From the NCBI GenBank assembly GCA_013239625.1, contig MU053758.1, positions 2,604,001-2,668,000 of the forward strand: 64,000 bases of DNA, given 5' to 3'. Shown in pieces: positions 13,232 to 26,490 of the stretch. The DNA comes from Lama guanicoe. Taxonomy: Eukaryota. The notes under the pieces were generated by a model, which was not told the origin of the DNA, ran no database searches, and worked only from the letters and a program-made list of their open reading frames with translations. Position 1 is the first letter of the stretch; each line of letters opens with the position of its first letter. Made by a program: the position numbers and the translations under genes.

Positions 13232-15225
13232 TGTGTGTTAGTCAGAGTCCAATCAGGAGACAAAAAATAAAGTAATTTGAACAGGGGAGGTTTAATATAA
13301 AGAATTATTAACCAAAAGAGGGGATTAGAATAACAAGGAATTGGATAATAAGATATAAAGAGAACCCTAAAGAATATAGGAATAACAGATATAAAGAGCC
13401 TTCCTACCACTAGGACTGAGACAGAGTGTCAAAGAAAGAGCCGCCATCTCCTAGGGCTGAGATCTAGACCCTTATTGAAGAGGGCACAACTGTGGGTCAC
13501 TGGATGACAGAAAGTCACTGCTGCTGGAAATTCACTCTCTGGAACTTTCCCGAGATCTACCCTCTGCGGTGCAAAGGAAAGCTCTTCATGGGGAGATTTC
13601 TCACTCTGCTGCAAAACCACACTCAAGCACGGAGGAGTGGTTGTTGGAGAAGCTGCTGGCCACCATGCATTGCAGGATATGGACGCTGGGGACACTGCAC
13701 ATGTTGCAGGAGCCTGCCAAGGGAACAACCCAGAACAAAAAGGAAAATTCCTTTCCTTCTGTAATGTCTCTCCAGCATCTTCTGACAAAGTTTGACATTT
13801 GGCCAGCTGGTAAAGGAAAATATTTACAAGGCCCAGATCCATCTTCACAAAGCAGGCAAAAAGGATGATGTGTTGTTGAGAAGCAATGAATTGATAACTG
13901 GTGTAGTCCAACCCTTTGGCTGCTCAGCTTTCACATGCACCTTTCTACACACGTGTGAATTCTCATACATTGACAAAGCAAATTTATGTTTCTACCTAAG
14001 AAGATACAGCCATCCATCTCACAAGTACTTACAAGACATATAGTCCCAACATCATTGTTTCTGTTGCTAACTATATTAATTATTCCTCAAGTTCAGTCAC
14101 AGTCTCATTCTGTTACCTAAGGACTAAATTGCAAAACTTAACTTCCAACAACTTGTCTGTAAAACAAAAAAGGGAGAGGAAACATGAAGATGGGTAGTGT
14201 ATTAAAATAGACGTATGAATGTAACAAGCAAAAAGAAAATATGCAAAGTTACTTTGTTTCTGTAGTTGGTCACAAGGTCATGATTGATACCTGTGGCTTC
14301 CTTCATCAACTACTTATTTCATAGTTTTCTTGCCCTCAGCCAGTTGCTCTGGATTCTTTATCTGATGGAATACCCAAAGGGTTTGAATCCTCATTGTTCT
14401 GCCCTTTTTTATTGTTGCCGTGTAGTTTTCCTTTAACCTTTAGTACTAGGCATTGAAGAACTAAGAGGCACTCCAGAGAATCTCCTGGGTTCCAGACATA
14501 GTCCTCCTTGCTGCTGTTGCATAGCAACTCCGTTTCCCTTGGTTATCAGGATCAATCACTCCATCTGAGAAATGGACACCTTACCTTTTTTGCCTGTTGA
14601 TTTAGTGGCATATGGAACCCAAAATATTCAAGTGACAGTCCATTTTCCATTTCAGGGAAGAACCATTGTTGTGTCCCCTGGTGGAAGCAGCTCCCATCTG
14701 GGGACAAAGATTTCCAGCCAACAGTGTTCAAGGTTGCCAGGATAGGAAGCAAAAATTCTGCAAGTGGGTTATTAGGTGTAATAGTGAGAGGATCCACTCG
14801 CACTTCCACATTTGATTCCTGGACTATTCTGGCCATGACGGAGTCAGCACTCTGTATTAGTCTTTGATTCAAAGCATATACTGCATCCTGTAAAACAAAA
14901 TCCTTTGATTTCAGGGCGTTGTCTCCCAACTGACACTGTAACTGGGATTTTAGCAAGCCATTTCACCTTTCAATTATGCCAGTTGCTTCTGAGTGATGGG
15001 GTTTGTAGTAAGATCATTTAATTCCATGGTTATGAGCCCCTTGCTTTGCTTCTTTTGCTCTGAAGTGAGTTTCTTGATGCACAGTGCTGTACAGAATGCC
15101 AGGATGGTAGGTAAGGCATTCTCTGAGTCCAATGGTGGCGGTGCTGGCAGAAGCATTGTAAACATGGAAGGGATATGCATATCCAGAATACATGTCTATT
15201 CCAGTAAGGATAAATCTCTGTCTGT
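13232..15225 (-). mobile_element. ERVL-class endogenous retrovirus remnant: LTR (about 13232-13906) plus degraded internal pol/integrase
   Basis: Minus-strand peptide LKSQLQCQLGDNAL...LQDAVYALNQR...PLTITPNNPLAEFLLP resembles the ERVL integrase C-terminal region. The LTR end reads ...ctgattggactctgactaacaca on the minus strand, typical of ERVL LTRs. Confidence 0.75.
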
Positions 15226-16740
15226 TGTTTGAACAGTTTTATTCTGTTAGCATTAAAAAAAAATTAGGCACACAGGTTAATGAACGTTAAGATATCCTGA
15301 GACAGACATGTATTATTTTTTAAATTTACAATAGCATCTCATTTTGAAACAGCAAAATTTTATAAAAGTGAGGAACAGAGTATGAACATTTTAATGATAA
15401 AATTCTAAGGGGAAACTTTGGCCCCTTGAAGAATTCAATGTTGAAGGGGGAAAGCTGCATGTGCTCCAGAATAGTAGCCAACACACATATACCACCAGGT
15501 GCCAGGCACTGTTCCAGACATTTCTGATGCATTCATTCAGTAGCCCTCCTTTTCATCATAGTAAGTAGACACTCTGTTCATATTGTGTAGAGTGCAAATG
15601 GAGGCACATAATTGTTAAGCAGTTTGCTCAAAGTCACACAGCTAGTCAGTGGTAGAGTTGGCATTGAAAGTCTCCAGAATCTAGGCTCTTAATTACTAAT
15701 TCTGTCACAGTAAGTTTTACCTTAACAGTAATACTTTATATAAGCTCTTCAAACAAAGCGGTTTTAATGGAAAAGTGCCTAGTAGGCAAATAAGATACAT
15801 CAAAATACAAACTTTAATCGACCCCAGTGATGGAAAGCTTAATAGTGCAAGTAAAAGGGTGAACTAGTGATGGAACTGAGTACCATGAGATTGCCACCTG
15901 CTGCTTTTCGATGTTGTCAGCTCTGGTTTGACTTTTTTCTCCCCTCTCCTTAGAAAATCCCACAGAATGTAGGCACTGCTCTTCTGTTTTTTTTTTTTTT
16001 AGTTTCTTTTTTTCCTAAGCCAGGAAGCTATCTTCTCCTTTTGTATTTTGTTTTCATCCTCCAAAAAAAAATTCCCTTTTACTCTTTAGGTTGCTGCCAT
16101 TATTTGCATCTTAACTGTGTTCACCCTTAGCAAGTTTTCCTTACCCTACAGCTCATGCATCTGATAAATGTTTCTCAGGCCCTTCTTGGCTTCCTCCTTC
16201 AGTTTCGTAAGCTTCTTCAGTCCCTTAGAAGGAAGATTGTAGATAAGCTGACAGATTAGTATGATTACCTTTAGCTCTACGAGTGGAAATAGTTTTATAG
16301 TCAAAACCAAAACCTGACCTCAAGAAAAAAAATATTTTTGAAGTCATAATAATGGGGGAAAAAACATTTGTATCACTGCCAGTTTTGTGCAGGTGTCAGT
16401 GTCCTAGAATAGAAATTATTTTCTCATCATAGCAGACTTAATATTTCACCAATAACTTATTCTTTGGAATTGAAAATTAAGTAGCCAAAGAAAGAACTTT
16501 GGTATTTCTCACTGAGCCAGAGACTGTAACTGTCAAGAAGGAATATAACTTCAGCAGCTTTGCCACAATAATGACTTATGTAGGTCTGAAGGATACTAAG
16601 GTTGCAGAAACATGATTGGTGCCAAAGCATAGTAGGTGCCAAAGTATAGTTCCAGAGTGGCAGCATTTATTATGAAGACTGCTAGATACGTGAGTTGAAG
16701 TTGGGATAAATAGATACTGTGCTATTGTTGCAGCAAAGTG

Positions 16741-17183
16741 TGTTACAGCTCAGTGTTATAACTCAGTTGTGACAGCAACCTGGGTCTGCGGAGAGACCAA
16801 GCAGCACTCGGAGGGTTAGAGAACTCAGGTTTATTACGCCAACGGGCCCAGTGGAGTTAACGCTCTAAGCTCTGGACCCTGTCTGTAGGTTTACACAGGC
16901 TTTTATAGGCTACCAGTCCACATTTTGCAATATTTTGCAACATCATATGGAAATAAGGTATAACAAATGGACCAATCAGGAGTGATAGAAATGGACCAAT
17001 CAGGAGTGAGCTTAGGGAACCAACAGAATCTTAGGGGTAAGTTCTGCTTTCCTAGAAGTAAGCCGTTTCAGAGTTAAAAATTGAGATAATGCGCCTGGGC
17101 CAGAGAACTGAATGGTGCTGGCAGGAGGGTAGTGGCCCTGCTTGGGGGGTCTTGCCATCTTTTTCATGGGGCTTCCCACCTCA
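16741..17183 (-). mobile_element. Solo LTR (ERV1-like)
   Basis: On the minus strand it starts TGAGGTGGG and ends ...aca. It contains TATAAAAG (about 16900), AATAAA (16830-16835) and a tandemly duplicated CCAAT unit aaatggaccaatcaggagtga at about 16965 and 16989. Confidence 0.7.
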
Positions 17184-18229
17184 CTGTCACTTTGGATCAT
17201 CCCAGGGTAACACACTGATAATCTGGTATCAGAATCTGGAAACAAATAGAGAGCAATGAAGGTGTCTAGAAACAGGAAGCAAAGAAAAAAGAAAGTGGTT
17301 TTAATGACCAACCATTGAATAGATAAGGTTGCATACAACTCAGAGGGTAGAGGAAGCACCTGAGTCCCAATGAACTTGAAGTCCTTTTCTTGCAGATATA
17401 GGTCACATAGTTTTGACTGAAGAGCTCTAAGTTAGACTCCTGCGCTCCTCCTACCTCATTTCTGTGGAAGTTTTCTGGAATCTGGCTTACACGGAAGGAA
17501 GTCAACCAAATTTTTAAACGCAGCAGAAAGACTACACTGAGGGTGGAGATATGTGTGTGTGCCTCCGTCTTCTTTCGTATGGCTGAGCAGTTTGAGTCTA
17601 ATATCCAGTGGTTTTCAAAGCATCTTGCAAGATATGTCTACCCTGAATGGCAGAAAGCAAGTGAGGAAGACATCTGCAGTCTACACTGCAAGGGCCCTGG
17701 CTTTCAAATTCTAGTGCTGACTCTGTCATCTTCTATCTTTGGCAGAGACCATGTTCTCATTCCTGCTACAGGAAAACTAATACCAGGTTCAACTTCTCTT
17801 CTAATGTAACTTTACGTAATCATATAATTTGTGTGAAAGAACTATGTAAACCATAAAACACCAACAATTTGAAGGCTCGGTATTAGCTTGTGGGGCTTAT
17901 GATAGATAAAGTGATGCTACACATCCGGGAATCCATAGCTTTCACCAGAACTTGCGTACATTCAGTCAACAAACTTTTACTGACTATAGTTACTGTGCTT
18001 AGTAGTCTCGGCCTCTGTCACCAGGGAGGGCACAGACTAGCGTCTGAGACAAAGTACTCCAACTAAGTGCCATTGTCATCTAGACAGCAGTTTAGGAACC
18101 TCTAGTCCTTGGCTATTTTTAGGTGGTAGATTTGAGGGAAGATTTCAGAAGTCAGAGGAAGGGTTTATACTGCCTCAACACATGGGAAAGCTTAAAATGG
18201 AACAGTAAACATCATCATTCTCTTTTTTT

Positions 18230-21200
18230 CCCACCACTTTTATTGTGAAATACAACATGCATACAGAAAAGTGCATTAAACCCAAACCTAATAGCTTAAA
18301 AATAATTATCAAATAAACATCTAAGCTACACACCATTCCAGGTGAAGAAATAAAATATTTCTAGCACCCTAGACACCCACTCCTTTCCCATGTGCCTGTC
18401 CCTGGCATACCATCCCTCCTCCAAAGAGAATGAATCATAATAATAATTTCCTTCCTTTCCTTGGAGTTTTACCACAAAGTGTGGATCCCTAAGCCATATA
18501 GTTTCTCTGTTTTTGAACATTATGGAGAGAATAATAATGAATATATTCTTTCATGCCTTGATTCTTTCTAAAGATTAATCTCAATAAAATAAATAAAATA
18601 AAGATTAATCTCATGTAGAGTTAGTTCATGTACACCCATTACTGTATAGTGTTCCATTATATGAACATACCACAGTTTGTTTATCCATTCTGTTGTTGGG
18701 GAACATTCAAGTTGTTTCCACGTTTTGACTGTTACAACATCCGACTAAGTAAAATTCTTTAAAGTATATCCCCTGTGATGCCCATGTACGTTAAGTTTCT
18801 CTAGAGTTTATACCTAGCAGTCAAATTTCTGGGTCCTATGGTAGGTTAATCTTCCATTTATAATGCTAAGCAGTTATCCAAAGTGATTGTACTAATTTGT
18901 CTCACCAACAGTAATGTATGAAAGTTACTGTTTCAGATACTTACCAACATTTGATATTGTCAGACGTTTAAATTTTGCCAGACTGGTGAGTGAGTAATGG
19001 TATCTCACGGAGGTTTTAATTTGTTATTTCCCAGATTACTGATCAGGTTAATCATCATTTCATATGTTTGTTAGACATAGGGTTCTCTTTTTCCAAAAGT
19101 CCTGTAGAAGACTTTTGTCCATTTTTCTATTGAGTCATCCTTTTTTATTGATGTGTACAAGCTCCCTCTACTAGACATTACTGCTTTGTAAGTTACATAT
19201 GTTTTAAATATCTTGTCCCACGCTGTGGTTTGCCCTTTCATCTCTTTATGATATCTTTCGATGAACCAAAGTTTTTAATGTTATTATGGCTATAGACTTG
19301 CCTTTCTCATTTAGATCTAAATTCTAACTAGAATTCATTTCATATATGTGGTGTGCTAGGTATCAAATATCATTTTTCATCCATGTGATTACTCAGTTGT
19401 CCTGGCACCATTTACTGAAAAGTCTAGCCTTTCCCCAGTGATCTGCAGTGAGACTTCTCTCACATAGCAAGTGTCTGTTTATGCATGAGAGTCAACGCCT
19501 GAGCAGCCTCTTCTATTTTTCTATTTGCCTATCCCTGCTCTCACGCTGCACTAAAATGTGATAGCTTTAATAATCTGTCTTAATACCTTGTAGAGCAAGT
19601 TTTTCCACCTCGTTCTTCAAGAGTATCAGGGCTATTTTTGCCTCTTTGCACTTGCATATACATCTTAGAATCGCTTACTAAGTTATATACACACAGAAAT
19701 GTTGAGATTTTGTTGAGATTACATTGAACCCAGAGATTAATTTGGGGAGAATTTCACATTTTTTACAATATTGTGTCTTCTACTCCTTCAATATAGTATT
19801 CCTTCTTTCGTTTTAAGTCTTCTCAAGTCTCTCAATGAGAGTTTATAATTTAATGTGTTAGAATTTCTTTCAGATCTTTTGTTAGATACATTTCTAGGTA
19901 TTTTACATTTTTGGTGCTATTACAGTTGGTGTTTTTAATTTCAGTTTTTGTTTGTTGCTGATGTGTGTAAGAATACAGTTGGTTTGTGCATATTGATTTT
20001 AGCAAATTGCTAAAATAACATTCATTTTAATAATTTATCTGTAGATTCTTTTGGACTTTCTATATACAAATTAGGTCACCTGTAATGCAATTTTCTTTTT
20101 TAAGAAATATCCATACATGTTTTGTTTCTCTTTTGGCTTACTATGCTTGCTAGACCTTTCGTGTAATGTCAAATAGAGTGGGCATCTTTGTCTTGTTTCT
20201 GATTCAGAGAGAAAGTTTATAGAATTTTACCATTAAACAGATATTTACAGTAGATATTTTATAGTATGTATATCAGATTAAAGACATTCTATTTCTGGTT
20301 TTCTAGGAATTTTTTAATGCACTTTTTTGCTTCAAAAGAAATAACATTTTTTAAGTATAGTTGATTTACAATGTTGTATTAGTTTCACATGTACAGCAAA
20401 GTGATTCACTTACACATATGTATTCTTTTTCATAATCTTTTCTATTATAGGTTATTACAAGATATTGAATATAGTTCCCTGTGCTGTACAGTAGGTCCTT
20501 GTTGCTTATCTATTTTATATAGAGTATGTGTATCTGTTAATTCCAAACTCTTAATTTATCCCTCCCTCACCCCTTTGGTAACCATAAGTTTGTTTTCTAT
20601 CTCTGTGAACCTATTTCTGTTTTGCAAATGAGTTCATTTGTATCACTTTTTTAGATTCCACATATAAGTGATGTTATATGACATTTATCTTTCTCTGTCT
20701 TACTTCACTTCATATGATAATCTCTAGGTCCATTCTAGGAATTTTTATCATGAATGGAAATAGAATTTTATCAAGTGCATTTTCTGTGTCTATTGAGATG
20801 ATCTTGTCATCTTCTTTTTTTATTTTATTTTTTGTTATTTTTAATTTAGTTTTTTTTTTTTTGAGGGGGTAGGTAATTAGGTTTATTTATTCATTTGTTT
20901 TTTAGAGGAGGTACTGGGGATTGAACCCAGGACCTCGTGCATGCTAAACATGTGCTCTACCACTTGAACTATACCCTCCCCCCTCATCTTTCTTCTTAAT
21001 GTTAATGTGGTAAATTACATAAATTGATTTTTCTCTGTTAAAGCAACCTTAAAATCCTAGCTAAATCTAACTTAGTTTTAATGTATTATTCTTTTTTATT
21101 GCTTGATTTGATTTTATATTTATTTTCTATTTTTGCATCTAAGTTCATGGGTGAGACTGGCCTGCATTTTTCTTTCTCTTGTTCTTAGGTTTTGCTAGCA

Positions 21201-22950
21201 TTAGAAATGATTTGAAAGGTGTTCCCTCTTTTTCTATTCTCTGGAAGAGTTTGTTAAGTTTGGAATTATTTATTCTTGAATGCTTAACTGAATTTACTGG
21301 AGAAACCATCTGGGCTTGGAATTTTCTTTGTGGGAAGATTTTTACTGTTGATATAATATCCTTTCTGGTTACAGGGTTTTTCACATTTTTCAGCAAGTTG
21401 TACTTTTCTAGGAGAGTTCTCATTTCATCTAAAATCTTAAATTTATTGGCATAATGTTGTTCTAATATCCTTTTATCCTTTTAATGCCTACAGCATCTAT
21501 AGTACTGTCCCCTGTTCATTTTTGAAATTGATTATATGTGCTTCTTCTCCCTTTCGTTTTCTCCTTATTATTCTTCTCAGATCCAATGTCTGTCTTTATT
21601 GAACTTCTTTACTATTTGTTTCCTATTTTATTTACTGTGCTCCTTTTTAATTTTCTTTCCTTCCATCTATTTGGATTTATTTTGCTAACATTTTTTCTAG
21701 CTTCTTGACATAGATATTTAAACAATTAAGGTGATACATATTTTTCCTCTAAAAAATGGCTTTAGGTTAATCTCACAAGTTTGACATGTATATTTTTATT
21801 GCTAAAATTTTTTCTAATTTCCATGAATATTTCTTCCTTGACCCTTAAGTTATTTAAAAATGTGTGCCTTACTTTCCTAACATTGTGATATCTAATAATG
21901 TTTTTGTTATTGATTTCTAGCTTAATTTGACTGATCAGAGAAGATGCTATATATGATTTCAATCCTTTAAACATGTTGAAACTTCTTTTATGCCTCAACA
22001 CATGGACAATGTTTATAAATGTTCCAGGTGTATATTCTTCAGTTACAGTTCAGTATAACTTTCTAAAAACATCCATCAGTTCAAGTTTGTTAATCATGTT
22101 GTTCAAATCATCCATATTACTGACATTCTTAGCTATTTATTCTATAAATTACAAAGAGAAGTTTGGTAAAATCTTCACTATGGTTGTGTACTTGACTATA
22201 TTGTCTTCTAATCTGTCAATGTTTGCTTTCTATATTTTGAGATTATGTTCTTATGTGCATAACAGTTTAAAGTTGTTGTATCTTCCTGGTAAATTGAAAC
22301 TTTTATCATTGTGAAGTGACCTTCTTTGTCACTAATAATGTTTTATGCCTCAAGTTTATTTTGCCTAATATTAATACATCAACACCAGTTTCCTTTTGGT
22401 TACTATTTACATATCAAATATTTTTCCATTGCTTTATTTTCAATATTTTATATCCTTATGCTATTCAGATATGTCTCATAAACAGCAAATAGATAAATTT
22501 ACCCATTCTGGCAGTATTTTATTTTTGCTGGTTCATTTAGCCCTGTACATGTAATGTAGTTTCTAAAACATTCAGATTTCATTCCACTGTTTTCTTTTGC
22601 ACTTTTTATTTGTCTCACCTGTTCTAGGTTTCTCTTTCTCTTGTTTCTTGTAGACTTTTTGTTGATAATCTTTTTATCATTCCATTTCCCCCCCCCCAGT
22701 TTGTTTCTATTCTTTTGATGGTTACCTTAAAATTATAGCATACATACTAAGTTATCAATCTAAAATTAAAGTCTAAAATTAAGCAATATCTTTTATCTTT
22801 TCCCAGACAAAATATAATCCTTTAGAACACTTTAAATTCATTATATTATTTTATTACATTACCATGTATTTAACCCCACAAGATACTAATACTATTTTAC
22901 TATATTTATATACAATTCCTGTTCATTTAGATGTAACCATATATTTACCA
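18230..22950 (-). mobile_element. Long old L1 remnant with nested younger L1 3' end (about 20345-20730) and a SINE
   Basis: T-rich plus strand; degenerate ORF2-like peptides such as KLNKLFQRIEKEGTP and SQIKLEINNKN on the minus strand. Confidence 0.75.
20815..20983 (-). mobile_element. tRNA-derived SINE (camelid-type)
   Basis: agaggaggtactggggattgaacccaggacctcgtgcatgctaaacatgtgctctaccacttgaactataccctcccc with a T-rich tail. Confidence 0.85.
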
Positions 22951-24419
22951 GGGATAATAAATAACCTAGCTTGCGATTACCAGAAACAAGATTGACATCA
23001 CCATTCTTGAATGTTCTTCACCTGTCCCATATCTGGAAGTCTTTACTACCTCACCTTGCCTCAGCCTCTCCATCTTGCTTGTGCTTCTCTCCTCCTCCAT
23101 TCTCTCTTTTCAGTGTCCCTCTCTTCCATCTTAGGAGCAAAATCAATAAAGTCCTCAATTTGTTACCTGAAAAGTAGTTTTCTCTTTTCAAGACCTGTTG
23201 GCATCCAACTATGTAGGATGTTATCGATCCCAAGGTGGCTAAACTAGCATTTCTCCAAAATGGTTTCCTTCCTAACTCAGACTAGAGACATGCAGAAGCT
23301 ATCAGAGGGGGTTTTGCTTGAGCTAAGAGGTCTGAAGAATGAGTAAGAGTTAGTGGACTCTCCCAAATCCTTTCAAGCTCAGATAATGAATATCCCAACT
23401 GTCTCCATTTCAAAGCCATCTCTATCACCAGTTTCAGCTTCTGGAGCAGGAAATTCCTTACAGACTTATGTAATTAATGCATTGAACTTCACTCTGAAAT
23501 CAGAAATGTGGAATGAAAAGAGAGGGAAATCAGCAGATCAAATAAGATCCTCAGGTTTCTGGGTTAGTTTAATCCCCCCTAGACAACTAGTTCCTTGCTG
23601 GAACTCTAAGAGGACAGGGGAAAAAAAAGAAAAATCATGTGACAACTGGTTGAGTCAGCCTCATGAAATTCCAGATGTGTCTCCCAAAATTCCCCCAACT
23701 CAAAGGCACTTTTGAAGCAAACAAATGTTTCCTGGGCCCTAGAAAAGAAAAGAAAAACTTAAGCCTTGTTCTCTGGAAACTTTCACATCAGTGGAACACA
23801 CATATGTATTAATAATTGAAGTGTAATATGATGAATGCTGTAATAGCAATGTATTCAACATGCTATGGGGCATAGAGAGGAAGAAGTAAACAAATTCTTT
23901 GGAAAACTGGGATAACTACTGAGGAAGTGATATTTGAGCCATAGCTTAAAAGATGGATAAGCTGGAGGAAGGTAATGCAGGTAGAGGGAGAGTGTAACTT
24001 ATATATAAAAAAAAGCACATCCTTGTAAAAGTACATGACATGATCAAATAAAAAACCAATAGTTGGCACGGCTGGCATCAGAGTTTAAGGAAGAGGGAAG
24101 GGGACGGGACAGTGTCAGATGTAAGAGGGGCCCACCCTGTTACCTCTTACTAAATGCTCTGTCTCATAGTACCCTGTATTTTTTTTATAACACTCTTCCT
24201 ACTTTGAACTTCTTGTTCAATGTCTTTTTTTTCCCAGTATTCATCCTTAATACTGGGGAGTCAATAAGTGCTATCTAAAATTAATAAATGAAGAACAAAT
24301 ATAAGAATATCATTTTTACATATAATAGTAACAAAAAGAAAAACTGTTAACATGGCCGTCTCAAGAAAGTGGGGCTAGGTTATGGGATTTGAAATGAAAC
24401 TTTCAGAAAAAAAAAGACT

Positions 24420-24735
24420 AAGGAACTCATCTACAAAACAGAAACACACACTTATAGACACAGTAAACAATCTTATGGTTACTGGGGTGGGGGGAGGGTG
24501 TGGGAAGGCATAAATTGGGAGTTTGAGATTTCCAAACATTAACTACTATGTATAAAATAGATTTTTAAAATCCTTCTGTATAGCACGGAGGACTATATTC
24601 AATATCTTGTAGTAACCTATAATGAAAATGAATATGAAAACTAATATATGTATGTATATGTATGACTGAAACATTATGCTGTACACCAGAAACTGACACA
24701 TTGTAACTGACTATACTTCAATTTTAAAAAAAGAA
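24420..24735 (+). mobile_element. L1 3'-end fragment
   Basis: gaactcatctacaaaacagaaac...tatagcacggaggactatattcaatatcttgtagtaacc...gtaactgactatacttcaattttaaaaaaa. Confidence 0.75.
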
Positions 24736-25047
24736 AGATACTTTTACTTAATTTGTTTATATTCTTTTGTACTGTTCAAATGTTTTCATGTATATATATT
24801 ATGTTTTTAAATTAAAGTTTTTATTGAGATAAAAACTTAAAGTGTGCAGATCTTAAGTGTTAGCTTAATAAATGTTTACACGAGTAAACATCCATGTAAC
24901 CACTATATTTCCGGTGCCGCAGGAGAGTCCCTTGTGCCCCTTCCCAGGCAATACTGTTCCCACTAAGATAAACACTATTTTGACTTCTACCACCATTGCT
25001 TAGTTTTGTCTGGCCTTGAGCTTAATATAAATGGAATCCTACAGTAT

Positions 25048-25472
25048 TGTGGTGGCCATGGAGGGTACCAACAGATTTTCTTTAGGAGAACCTACTGTGG
25101 GAAGTATAATTGACTGAGAACCCCTAGCCTGCCCCTCTGCAGATCTGCCTCCTGAGCTCAGCTCCCCTGGGCGGCTCCCAGCCAAAGGCTGAGCATGAGG
25201 TGCTGGAGCCTGGCCATCCTACCTGGTGGGGAGTCCGGCAGACCACCTTTGCTCAGGTCGGCTTGGCTGAGGCCCTCAGACTGTGCTGCCATCAGGACAC
25301 TGCCTACTCAACCTTTCCCTCCTGCCCTTCTTTCACAGGTTTTAGACCTGCATTGTGATTTTGCCACACTCATTCGTGCTCCCTCTCCCTTTATTCTTCA
25401 TGGACTTCTCCCCTAAAAAGTCTCTTGTATGTCTGATTCCATTTTGGAACCTACTTCTCACAGGACCCGAAT
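25048..25472 (+). mobile_element. ERVL solo LTR (LTR16-like)
   Basis: Starts tgtggtggccatggag and ends ...gtctgattccattttggaacctacttctcacaggacccgaa, the pattern of the LTR16 family. Confidence 0.6.
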
Positions 25473-26429
25473 ATAAATATACGTTTTTGTGTAGGCTTCA
25501 TTTGCTCAGCATTATGACTGTGAGAGCCATGCATGTTGTTATGTGTAATTTGTTCTCTTTTATTGCATAAGCATACAACAGTATATGTATCCATCCTAAT
25601 GATATTGACATTTGAATAGTTTCCAGCTTGGGGCTCTTATTTTAATGTTTTTGTACGTGCATGTCTTTTGGCAAAAACGTGCGCTCATTTCTCTTGGGTA
25701 TGGGCCCAGGAAGTGGGGTTGCTGAGTCACAGGCATATGTTTAGCTTTAGTAGATACTGTCAAACAGTTTTCCAAAGTGGTGGACCAATCTACGCTCCAA
25801 CAGCACTTATAAGAGTTCCTGTTGCATCTAATATTTTTATGAATTAAAAAAAAAACTCTAGTTCAAAAGATAAAAAACAAATTTCTGTTATATCATCCTA
25901 GCTTCATGTTTGAATTACCATTTTTAAAACTGCTCCATACAAAAGACGTTAACACACCCCAAAATGTTAACAGTGGTTATATTAAAAGGAGAAGGGACTT
26001 TGACTTTGAGAAATACCTGAAATGCTTTACAACAAGTATATATTTCTTTTACTTTTAATTGGATTGTCTTAAATACTAAATAGAACTAAAAGGCTTATCA
26101 TGATAACCAGCAGTCTCCTCCTCCACTCCTCCACACCCATCACTCCCACCCCTCCTAGCTTGCACTCCTTTCATTGCTTTCCTGCTTCCAAAGATGTACT
26201 GAAATCCCTTATCTGCAGCCTAATGCTCTTTATCCTTGTGGGTTTGTATCTTTTCCAATGCTTTATTGACATTTAGTGAGATTTCAAGAGGGAGAGGAAA
26301 TTGATATGATCAATCTACCACTTTTAATCAGAAATACATGCATACAATCCAGGCTGAGTTTTGGACAGTATCCCAGTGAATAGGATGTATCAAAAATAGC
26401 CAGTGGCTTGTTTTAAAGACATTGTTCTG

Positions 26430-26490
26430 GGCGGGGGAGGATATAGCTCAAGTGGTAGAGCACACGCTTAGCATGCCCAGGGTCCTGGGA
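26430..26490 (+). mobile_element. 3'-truncated tRNA-derived SINE just downstream of the GSDMB stop codon
   Basis: ggggaggatatagctcaagtggtagagcacacgcttagcatgcccagggtcctggg, then similarity ends abruptly. Confidence 0.75.
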
